From assembly GCA_047614125.1 (NCBI GenBank), contig JBLHHI010000003.1, positions 1-57,130 of the forward strand: a stretch of 57,130 nt of DNA. Reading direction: 5' to 3'. The notes beneath the pieces are model-generated. The model searched no databases, had not been told where the DNA came from, and saw nothing but the letters and a program-made list of their open reading frames with translations. Positions 49,441-57,130 of the stretch are shown in pieces. The DNA is from Bacteroidia bacterium. Lineage in GTDB: Bacteria; Bacteroidota; Bacteroidia; NS11-12g; UBA9320. The position numbers and the translations under genes are program-made. The stretch's first letter is position 1. Each line of letters begins with the position of its first letter.

Positions 49441-50568
49441 TCAACCCAAACCAAAAGTTTTACCCTGCATTGAATGAATAACTTGGTTTCTCAACCATTT
49501 TTGGCTCGATAATATCTTTAAGGTAAAATGGTTTAAACTTGGGTTTAACATCAATAAATTCAGGTATTTAGCCTTATTTACTCGTCCACCAAGATGTTTG
49601 TTCCAAAAACGATCGTAGTCCGGATGAATGTCTTCTGCATTTAATCCATGATGTGAAATTATTTTGGCGAGCTCGTTGGCAGATCGGGCTGCCATGCTCA
49701 TCCCGTTGCCCGAAAGTGGACTGATGCTTCCCGCAGCATCGCCCAGGTACACCATGCCTTTTTTTCTTGAATAGGTGGCTTGCTTATTAAACTTAATATT
49801 GCTGATAACCAGTGGGTTATCGTACATATGATGTATGTTGTCGAAGATGTTGGCCAGCTCTGGGTTGCTATGTAAAATAGCTCGTTCCATCGTCTCGATG
49901 TTGTTGCCGTGTTTTACCAATTGCTTGGCATCTACCAAATAACAGAGGCAATATTTATCATCTTCAATCTTGCTGATGCCGCAATAGCCTTGTTTAAAGC
50001 TGTGTAATGAAATCTCATCAGTGGGTAAATGAAAATCGGCGGACGGCTTGATGTGATATTTTACTCCAATGAAGTTTTTTAAGGCGCGTCGCTCCGGTTT
50101 TACTGCAAAACTTGGGCGATATTTACCAAAGGCTCCAACTATTAATTTGCAATCGAACCGATTAGATGCGGTTTGGATGGTATTCTCTGTTACACGATGC
50201 ACCTTCATTTGTTGATGCACCTCAACCTTGAGCTCGAGCATTCGTTCTATTAGAAGCTGGTCGAGTAAATACCGGCTTATGCCGAGGCCACCCATTTTTA
50301 ATGGGGTGCGCAAGGTTCTACCGTTTTGAGAAGTTAATTTTACGTGTTCAATTTCCGGCAGCTTGTGATCGCTCATCTTAATCCCAACGTCTTCAAAAAA
50401 TTGTATGGATTCATTAGACACAAATTCGCCGCAAACTTTATGTCGAGGAAATGAATCTTGATCGATTACCACCACCTTAAAGCCTTTTAAGGCCAAACAG
50501 ATTGCCAAAGAGGAGCCTGCAATTCCAGCACCAATAATGCCAACATCGTATTCGATTTCCCTATCCAT
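49441..50568 (-). CDS. NAD(P)/FAD-dependent oxidoreductase (geranylgeranyl-reductase/monooxygenase-like)
   Basis: IIGAGIAG, FPRHKVCGEF.S, GISRY.LD, LGDAAG.I.PL.GNGM. Confidence 0.9.
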   Translation of the reverse strand: MDREIEYDVGIIGAGIAGSSLAICLALKGFKVVVIDQDSFPRHKVCGEFVSNESIQFFEDVGIKMSDHKLPEIEHVKLTSQNGRTLRTPLKMGGLGISRYLLDQLLIERMLELKVEVHQQMKVHRVTENTIQTASNRFDCKLIVGAFGKYRPSFAVKPERRALKNFIGVKYHIKPSADFHLPTDEISLHSFKQGYCGISKIEDDKYCLCYLVDAKQLVKHGNNIETMERAILHSNPELANIFDNIHHMYDNPLVISNIKFNKQATYSRKKGMVYLGDAAGSISPLSGNGMSMAARSANELAKIISHHGLNAEDIHPDYDRFWNKHLGGRVNKAKYLNLLMLNPSLNHFTLKILSSQKWLRNQVIHSMQGKTFGLG

Positions 50569-51247
50569 AAACCACAATTTTATGTCGGAAAGCCCAACGG
50601 TTTTGCAATGTATAGTTTTTAGCCCCGGCCAGCATTAAAATTCTCTTCCATTCTCTTTTTTTAAATCCACGGCGAACAGATAGTGGAGCATCGTTTTTCA
50701 CTAAGCGCGAACGGGAAAACAGCTTTGTCAAAACTTTGATGCTTAAATAGGCAAAATAATTACGCTCTAAATCATTAATTATTAGCACCTTGCCGTTTGA
50801 TATGGTGGATTTTATAAACTGAATTATTTCTTCTTCGCCCAGATGATGCATAAACAAACACGCATGAATAATGTCAGCATCCGCGCTTTCCTTAAATATG
50901 TTTTTGTAATCATCCGTTATCCATTCCATTTCATTTTCAATGTCTTTTTTCTTCGCGTAGGCAATGCACGTAGAATTATAGTCGCATCCAACAAAATGAA
51001 GTCCATCGATCATGATAAGTTCTTTTTTTAAATAACGAAGCGTATCGCCTCCACCGCAACCAATATCAACAATTTTTCTTAAACCGGGTTGTCGCTCAAT
51101 AACTTCTTTCACAGCTTTTACCGAAATGGCGTATCCACCAAGCAAGGTGTTAATTCGATCCAGTTCATCCAGGGTTTTGAAGAGATCCACCTCTGGTATG
51201 TTTTCGGCATCGATTAATTCCTTTTGATGAGATCTATTTGCCAACAT
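50561..51247 (-). CDS. SAM-dependent methyltransferase
   Basis: RS..KELID, VDIGCGGGD, LFMHH, INDLER, DAPLSV.RGF. Confidence 0.9.
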   Translation of the reverse strand: MLANRSHQKELIDAENIPEVDLFKTLDELDRINTLLGGYAISVKAVKEVIERQPGLRKIVDIGCGGGDTLRYLKKELIMIDGLHFVGCDYNSTCIAYAKKKDIENEMEWITDDYKNIFKESADADIIHACLFMHHLGEEEIIQFIKSTISNGKVLIINDLERNYFAYLSIKVLTKLFSRSRLVKNDAPLSVRRGFKKREWKRILMLAGAKNYTLQNRWAFRHKIVVYG

Positions 51248-52256
51248 AATTTGCATATAAGGTTTCAAAAGTTAGGCCGGGTCCAAAGGCGCATGCAAAT
51301 ACGGGATTTTGATTTTCAGTATCATCCAAAAGTTGTTTTAATATAAAAAGTATGGTGGCTGAGCTCATATTACCATGCTTGCGCAGAGTATCTCTTGAGG
51401 CAAGTAATGCCGTCTTTTTTAGCTTAAATTTCTGCTCAATCACATCAAGAATTTGAACTCCACCAGGGTGAACAGCCCACCGCAGTTGATCCAAATCAGC
51501 AATGTTATAGGATGGGGGAAGGTGAATGTGTTCATGAATTATTTTTGGAACCGTGCTTTTTAATTCCATTAAAAAACCGTGTTCGGATATGTTCCAAGCC
51601 ATGGCATTTTTGCTTTCTGGAAGCACATCACTGGTAAATCCGTCCAATCGAAGTCCGGTTTGATCTTCCTCCGAGGAAACGATTGCAGCCGCCGAACCGT
51701 CGCCAAAAATTAAATTCGACAAGAGATAATCATCGGCAAAAGACTTTTGAAAGTGAAGGGTACACAATTCTACGCTCACGATTAACACCTTGCGATTGGG
51801 TTGTTGGCAAATGGTTTTGGCTAATCTCAGTGCAATGATTCCGGCATAACATCCCATGAAGTTTATGTTATACCGATGAATGTTGGTTGGAAGGCTGAAA
51901 GTGCGAATTAAATCGTACTCCAAGCCGGGAGCTCTCATACCTGTGCACGAAACCACAATGAGATCGGTAAAGGTTGAATGATTGATTCCCACGCCAAGAT
52001 TCACCACGGCTTTAAACGCCAACTTTTGAGCTTCGAGATGAAAAAGTTCCATCTTTTCCGTCAAATTGTGATTAAATGGCCAAGTAAGGACTGGCAAGAC
52101 ACTGAAGCGAGTATCGATTCCTGATTTTTTACTCAAGAAGTTAATTTTTCGGGCCGTATCGGAATCTTCAGCAAGACTCCCATAGAATTCGGCAAAAGTG
52201 CTTTGTTCTACACGCTTTGATGGGTTGGCGGTTGCTATGTTTGTTAATGTAGCCAA
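51234..52256 (-). CDS. Type III polyketide synthase; probable TTG start
   Basis: Catalytic triad FMGC / VHPGG / GNMSS; VELCTLH, FGDG, AFGPGL. Confidence 0.96.
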   Translation of the reverse strand: MATLTNIATANPSKRVEQSTFAEFYGSLAEDSDTARKINFLSKKSGIDTRFSVLPVLTWPFNHNLTEKMELFHLEAQKLAFKAVVNLGVGINHSTFTDLIVVSCTGMRAPGLEYDLIRTFSLPTNIHRYNINFMGCYAGIIALRLAKTICQQPNRKVLIVSVELCTLHFQKSFADDYLLSNLIFGDGSAAAIVSSEEDQTGLRLDGFTSDVLPESKNAMAWNISEHGFLMELKSTVPKIIHEHIHLPPSYNIADLDQLRWAVHPGGVQILDVIEQKFKLKKTALLASRDTLRKHGNMSSATILFILKQLLDDTENQNPVFACAFGPGLTFETLYANYVGK

Positions 52257-53116
52257 GTGGATTGAATTAATAAATAGCCAAAAAATGAATTCATACAAAC
52301 TGCTGTAATGATATTAATTTTCATTGTGTTGGAGTAGTTCGCTTCCGATTCATCTCTGCGAACTTTTAACATCCAACGTATAAAATACAACACGATGGGT
52401 AACTGAAAAATCATCAGGAGATAAAACAACCACAAATCACCCATTGATCTGAAATATAAGAAATAACACAGCGTTGCTAGAATAAAGAAGACGCCTGAAA
52501 AAATGAAGGTTCGCATATAGCCAAGCCGTGCGCTCAATGTTTTAACTCCATCCATTTCATCCGAGTTGTGTTGGTAGATTTGGGTTAGAGGGTACATCGC
52601 ACCAATTTGAAAAGATGCAGCTGAAACCGCCCACCAAATTCCACTGTCTTGAAGTGAAAGATCTGCCTGAAGTTCAAATAAAATGAAGAAAAAGGTAAGT
52701 CCACCTTGAAAGAGAAAAATAATGAGAAAAGATGGAAGTGCAAATCGCTTTAAACGGATGGGACGATAGCTATAAATCCTTGAAAATAAGATATATATGC
52801 AAATAAACCCAAAGAAGGTTAGACCCATCAGAAAAAAGGAAGCAGTTAAGGCAAGCACATCAAAAACATTGGCTAGAAGTAGGACATAGCCATTGGTAGG
52901 TGGGGGATTTTTAAGTCCGCCAATGCTGCCTTTATCGTCGTCGTAATATGAATTAAAGGCGTTGCTTGCTGGATATAACAGTACATGCAAAATCACAAAG
53001 ACCAACCAAAATTTTGTCGGCGAAATAACGGGGGCTTGCGAAGCTGAAAACAAAAAAACAGGCAACAGCAAAAGAGAAAAGTGAAACCGCAAGTGTATGA
53101 AAGCTTGTTTGAGCAA
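52244..53116 (-). CDS. UbiA family prenyltransferase; probable TTG start
   Basis: Multi-TM; YPASNAFNSYYDDDKGSIGGL and TQIYQH.SD..DG..T motifs. Confidence 0.88.
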   Translation of the reverse strand: MLKQAFIHLRFHFSLLLLPVFLFSASQAPVISPTKFWLVFVILHVLLYPASNAFNSYYDDDKGSIGGLKNPPPTNGYVLLLANVFDVLALTASFFLMGLTFFGFICIYILFSRIYSYRPIRLKRFALPSFLIIFLFQGGLTFFFILFELQADLSLQDSGIWWAVSAASFQIGAMYPLTQIYQHNSDEMDGVKTLSARLGYMRTFIFSGVFFILATLCYFLYFRSMGDLWLFYLLMIFQLPIVLYFIRWMLKVRRDESEANYSNTMKINIITAVCMNSFFGYLLIQSTWLH

Positions 53117-53127
53117 GGTGATAATTC

Positions 53128-53751
53128 TTAAAAATCGGGAGTAATTGTAACTGTGCTTTGTCGAAAGTATCTGCCAATCCTGACTTGCCAAAGTGTAATC
53201 CACCCTTGCCCAACAGGATCGCCTTTTTCAACCACATTAAACTCCATGCCGTTTACGAAGGCGGTGTTGAGCTGCCAATTTTTGCCCAAGGGAAAGGCAT
53301 AGCCAATCTCAAATGTTGGTTGAAGCACTACAATTTGTGTTGAACCTTTGTTAATGGTTTGAGAAGAATCAATCCAATCTACCTTCATATTCCACCAATC
53401 CAGTCGGCTACCTAAATAAAAACCAGAACATTCTTGTTTAAAATAATAGCGATATCCAAGAGATATGCCTATCCCTCCACCCTTTTCATCGTCATTGTAA
53501 CCAGAAAAATCTTTTCGTTTGGTTTGATTATAACCTATGCGCTGATTAAATGCATGATGAAGAAATGAAATTTCATATTCAGCGGCTAAAATATTACCAG
53601 CCGGATAAAAATTGTATTCCAAACCCATTTGTATTTTAGTCCATCTTTTGAATACTTGACCTGAAACGGTATTGAACATGAAAAGAAATATAAATAAAAC
53701 GATAAGTTGATAGGTAAAAGGGTAAATCTTTTTGGGTGCGAATGGAGCCAT
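53128..53751 (-). CDS. Hypothetical outer-membrane beta-barrel-like protein; start revised to MAPFA
   Basis: Hydrophobic leader, [20 protein letters not shown] strands; TACTTTTG box on the minus strand at 53764-53757. Confidence 0.7.
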   Translation of the reverse strand: MAPFAPKKIYPFTYQLIVLFIFLFMFNTVSGQVFKRWTKIQMGLEYNFYPAGNILAAEYEISFLHHAFNQRIGYNQTKRKDFSGYNDDEKGGGIGISLGYRYYFKQECSGFYLGSRLDWWNMKVDWIDSSQTINKGSTQIVVLQPTFEIGYAFPLGKNWQLNTAFVNGMEFNVVEKGDPVGQGWITLWQVRIGRYFRQSTVTITPDF

Positions 53752-53862
53752 CACTTCAAAAGTAAGCCAATTGTATGTTTGGCTTGGGTAAAAAAGATTA
53801 ATGCTGTTGGAGTGAGCGAACAACATGCCAAGATAAAAGGGGTAATGTCTATTTTTGCGACG

Positions 53863-55320
53863 ATGCAAACTCAGCTCCAAGTATATAACACATTATCGGC
53901 TTCATTAGAGCCTTTTGAACCCATCAACCCACCCTTTGTTGGCATGTATGTTTGCGGTCCAACGGTTTACAGCGAGGTGCACATTGGAAATGTACGGACT
54001 TTTACCTCGTTCGACATGATATATCGGTATCTAAAGTTTTTGGGATACAAGGTTCGTTACGTTCGAAATATTACGGATGTGGGTCACTTATTGGATAACG
54101 AAGAGGACCGGATTTCTAAAAAAGCTCGTTTGGAGAACATTGAGCCCATGGAAGTTGTGCAGCGATATACGGTTGATTTTCATACGGTTATGTCGAAGTT
54201 TAATGCCTTGCCTCCCGATATTGAACCCACTGCCACCGGCCACATCATAGAACAAATTGAATTGGTTCAGAAAATTTTGGATACGGGCTTGGCCTACGAA
54301 GCAAACGGCTCTGTGTACTTTGATGTTGAAGCCTACAGCAAAACGGAAAACTACGGGGCCTTGTCTGGAAGAAACTTAGATGACTTGCAGAGCAATACAC
54401 GAGATTTGGAAGGGCAATCCGATAAAAAAAGTCCGTTCGACTTTGCCATTTGGAAGAATGCGGATGAAAGCCACATCATGAAATGGTCATCCCCTTGGGG
54501 CATTGGTTTTCCTGGATGGCATTTAGAATGTTCCGTAATGAGCACCAAATATTTGGGTCAAACTTTTGACATCCATGGAGGTGGAATGGATTTAAAATTT
54601 CCACACCACGAATGTGAAATAGCCCAAAACAAAGCGGGCTATGGACATGAGCCGGTAAAATATTGGTTGCATACAAACATGCTCACCTTCAACGGAAGAA
54701 AGATGGCAAAGAGCGAAGGTACTGGAGTAACGCCCAACGAAATGCTCACCGGGAATCATCCGTTGCTTACTCAGGCCTACAATGCGAGCACCATCCGTTT
54801 TTTTATGTTGCAAGCTCATTATCGCAGCACCTTGGATTTTGGAAACGAAGCCTTGCAAGCAGCCGAAAAAGGATTGAAAAGATTGATGGAGGCTGTTAAA
54901 AATTGTGAAACCCTGCCTGTTGGACTTTTGTCTTCTGTGTCTGTTAGTGATTTAAAATCAAAGCTTTATGAAGCAATGAATGATGATTTCAATACGCCAA
55001 TAGCGGTGGCCCATTTATTTGAATTTGTAAAATGGGTAAACTTGATTAAAGAGGGTACTGAAACCATTACTGAAACGGATTTGGTTGAATTACGAGAACT
55101 GGTTCAAGGGTTCATTTTCGATGTAATGGGCTTGAAAATGGAGGAAGAGGTAGGAGGAAATGAACAGGTTGATGGGCTTATGTCGTTTATACTTTCGTTG
55201 CGCAATGATGCGAAGGCGCGTAAAGATTACGCAACTTCCGATCAAATTCGGGATGAATTAAAGGCCCTGGGCTTTGAGATTAAAGATGGGAAAGACGGCA
55301 CAACGTACGCCAAGAGTTGA
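53863..55320 (+). CDS. cysS: Cysteine--tRNA ligase; start revised to MQTQL
   Basis: [40 protein letters not shown]. Confidence 0.98.
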   Translation: MQTQLQVYNTLSASLEPFEPINPPFVGMYVCGPTVYSEVHIGNVRTFTSFDMIYRYLKFLGYKVRYVRNITDVGHLLDNEEDRISKKARLENIEPMEVVQRYTVDFHTVMSKFNALPPDIEPTATGHIIEQIELVQKILDTGLAYEANGSVYFDVEAYSKTENYGALSGRNLDDLQSNTRDLEGQSDKKSPFDFAIWKNADESHIMKWSSPWGIGFPGWHLECSVMSTKYLGQTFDIHGGGMDLKFPHHECEIAQNKAGYGHEPVKYWLHTNMLTFNGRKMAKSEGTGVTPNEMLTGNHPLLTQAYNASTIRFFMLQAHYRSTLDFGNEALQAAEKGLKRLMEAVKNCETLPVGLLSSVSVSDLKSKLYEAMNDDFNTPIAVAHLFEFVKWVNLIKEGTETITETDLVELRELVQGFIFDVMGLKMEEEVGGNEQVDGLMSFILSLRNDAKARKDYATSDQIRDELKALGFEIKDGKDGTTYAKS

Positions 55321-55331
55321 AGGAAGTAACT

Positions 55332-56339
55332 ATGAATTTGAAAATGAAATATTTGACAATACTTGGGTCCATCATTATTTGCGCTTCATTGGTTGCAATG
55401 AGCGGTTGTAAGCCAGATCCATCGGGTAAAGGTGGTGGCAAAAAAGATGTGCCTAAAGTAGATCCCAAAAATACGGTTCAAGTAGAATTTAATGCAGACT
55501 CTGCGTATCGATACGTAGCCGAGCAAGTGGCCTTTGGCCCAAGGGTTCCAGGAACGGCGGCTCACGGACGAACATTGTTTTATTTATTAAAGCAGCTTCA
55601 ACGTTTTACCGATACGGCCTTTATTCAGGCTGGAGATTTAAAGATTAGCACGGGAGCCATCTTACCGGTGAGCAATGTATTTGGACGAATTAATCCCGAA
55701 AATCCGAATCGTTTTGTTTTGGCAGCACATTGGGATACGCGTCCACAATCGGACGAAGATCCATTCATTAATGATAAACCAGCCGATGGTGCCAACGATG
55801 GAGCAAGTGGAGTGGGAGTATTAATAGAGATTGCTCGACAATTGCAGAAGTTAAACCCAACGCTGGGCATAGACATTCTATTTTTTGACCAAGAAGATGG
55901 GGGTTTACGCAGAGGTGCTCCAGACACTTGGTGTGTTGGTTCGCAGTTTTGGGGTGATTGGGCCATTAAGAATCGATATACCAGCATGGGCGGAATTTTG
56001 TTGGACATGGTGGGCGCCAAAGGAGCAACTTTTGGACATGAAGCGCATTCCATCCAATTTAATCAAAGTTTGATGCTCGAAACATGGAGAATTGGCCAAC
56101 AATTGGGGTACGGCGCTTACTTTGTAAATGTAGCAGGGGGTTTGATAACCGATGATCATTACTACATGAATACCTTGGCGGGAGTTAAAATGATCGACAT
56201 TATTCATTACGATTTAAATACGCCAAATAACTTTCCAAGCCACTGGCATAAACAAACCGACAACATGGATGCCATTGATAAGGCCACTCTAAAAGCAGTA
56301 GGTCATACGGTATTGCAGTTGGTTATGAATAAAAATTAA
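55332..56339 (+). CDS. M28 family peptidase / glutaminyl cyclase-like lipoprotein
   Basis: Lipobox MSGC, FGPRVPG, AHWDTRP, GANDGASGVG, FFDQED, LLDMVG, DDH, HWH..D. Confidence 0.9.
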   Translation: MNLKMKYLTILGSIIICASLVAMSGCKPDPSGKGGGKKDVPKVDPKNTVQVEFNADSAYRYVAEQVAFGPRVPGTAAHGRTLFYLLKQLQRFTDTAFIQAGDLKISTGAILPVSNVFGRINPENPNRFVLAAHWDTRPQSDEDPFINDKPADGANDGASGVGVLIEIARQLQKLNPTLGIDILFFDQEDGGLRRGAPDTWCVGSQFWGDWAIKNRYTSMGGILLDMVGAKGATFGHEAHSIQFNQSLMLETWRIGQQLGYGAYFVNVAGGLITDDHYYMNTLAGVKMIDIIHYDLNTPNNFPSHWHKQTDNMDAIDKATLKAVGHTVLQLVMNKN

Positions 56340-56346
56340 GCAGGAA

Positions 56347-56631
56347 TTAATTGCGCTCATCCAAGAGGTACAGGGTTTCGTTTTCTTTTTTCATCAAAAA
56401 TTCTTCCCGCGCATATTTTTCAAGGCTGTTAACATCACTGTTTAAAGATTCGCGCTGATGTTTAAGTTTTTCAATTTCTTCGAGATAAAAGTCCTTTTCG
56501 TTGGATAGGTCTCTAATTTCTTGTCCTAGCCGATATTGATAAATCAGATTATTGCTGTCGAAAAAAACCACCCAAACCAAGGCCGCAACAAAAATGAGTA
56601 AGTACTTATTCTTATAAATAGGTTTTTTCAC
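56347..56631 (-). CDS. Septum formation initiator (FtsB/DivIC family); probable GTG start
   Basis: NKY, TM ending W..FFD.N, coiled coil, LEKYAREEF.MKK.NE. Confidence 0.88.
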   Translation of the reverse strand: MKKPIYKNKYLLIFVAALVWVVFFDSNNLIYQYRLGQEIRDLSNEKDFYLEEIEKLKHQRESLNSDVNSLEKYAREEFLMKKENETLYLLDERN

Positions 56632-56837
56632 AAATACGAAAGTACAAATTGCCATAGCGAGAACATTTACTTTACCCAAGATATTTATTCGGCATGTTGG
56701 ATGATGTGTCTACATCAATCGCCATCGAACCTGTTTCGAGTTTTGTACTCTTAAATATCAATTAACTTTGTGTGCGAACCCAACCATCTGTTTAAAACGG
56801 TCGTATATACCGATACTTAACGGAAAACACATCATTT

Positions 56838-57130
56838 ATGAAACGATCTTACTCACTTTGCTTGGCGGCTTTCTTACTTCTTTTAAATCTGCAATTACAA
56901 GCGCAAACCAACATTCCGGCTCTGATTACGTCCGATCAAACTTGGGATATTTCTGGTAGTCCGTACCGACTTACTCAAAACGCATACATCGATACGGGTG
57001 TAACCGTTCGAGTAATGCCCGGTGTTCGAATCACTTCAATTAAATGGAACATACGATTGCTAATTGATGGCAATTTTGAAGCCGTTGGCACCAAGGATTC
57101 AATTATTGAATTCGATACCATGCAAATTGC
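56838..57130 (+). CDS. Secreted protein, probable parallel beta-helix (pectin-lyase-like) N-terminus; runs off the window
   Basis: MKRSYSLCLAAFLLLLNLQLQAQTNIPALITSDQTWDISGSPY...VMPGV...IDGNFEAVGTKDSIIEF; open to the window end; TAACTTTG at 56763. Confidence 0.8.
   Translation, partial: MKRSYSLCLAAFLLLLNLQLQAQTNIPALITSDQTWDISGSPYRLTQNAYIDTGVTVRVMPGVRITSIKWNIRLLIDGNFEAVGTKDSIIEFDTMQI

Noticed and set aside
49441-50568. Lycopene cyclase (crtY) completing the crt pathway
   Set aside because: Motifs (FPRHKVCGE, GDAAG..PL.GNG) and coupling to the methyltransferase/PKS fit a polyketide-tailoring flavoenzyme better
56768-56959. 63-aa ORF from the track
   Set aside because: It overlaps, in another frame, the better-supported secreted-protein ORF starting at 56838

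Overview
Chromosomal window from a Bacteroidota bacterium, judged from the gene families, a T9SS-type C-terminal tail and TAnnTTTG/TAnnTTCG -7 promoter boxes. Most of it is housekeeping and envelope genes: metK, glmS, rsfS, birA, coaX, lptC, aroE, pyrF, Prc, M13 peptidase, PrsW, alpha-2-macroglobulin, hemW, cysS and an FtsB-like gene. Four regions stand out. (1) An accessory block (~12.6-23.1 kb) holds a NorC/NorB-like heme-copper-oxidase pair with a non-canonical active site: the helix VI His and Glu ligands are lost and a low-spin heme His is replaced by Met. (2) A ~1.06 kb non-coding array (33732-34790) carries eleven 43-bp palindromic modules with an invariant 23-bp core, inside ~275-296 bp tandem units that copy the prsW promoter/start region. 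(3) A carotenoid operon (crtI-crtB-orf-crtZ) has a CarH/LitR-like operator. (4) A convergent operon encodes a type III PKS, UbiA prenyltransferase, methyltransferase and flavin oxidoreductase, flanked by three outer-membrane-protein genes. Also found: a 43-aa lipoprotein ORF missing from the ORF track, a tandem paralog with an in-frame stop, an orphan sRNA candidate and REP-like hairpins. No rRNA, tRNA, CRISPR-cas, integrase or transposase was recognised. All family calls come from motif recognition by eye, not from database searches.
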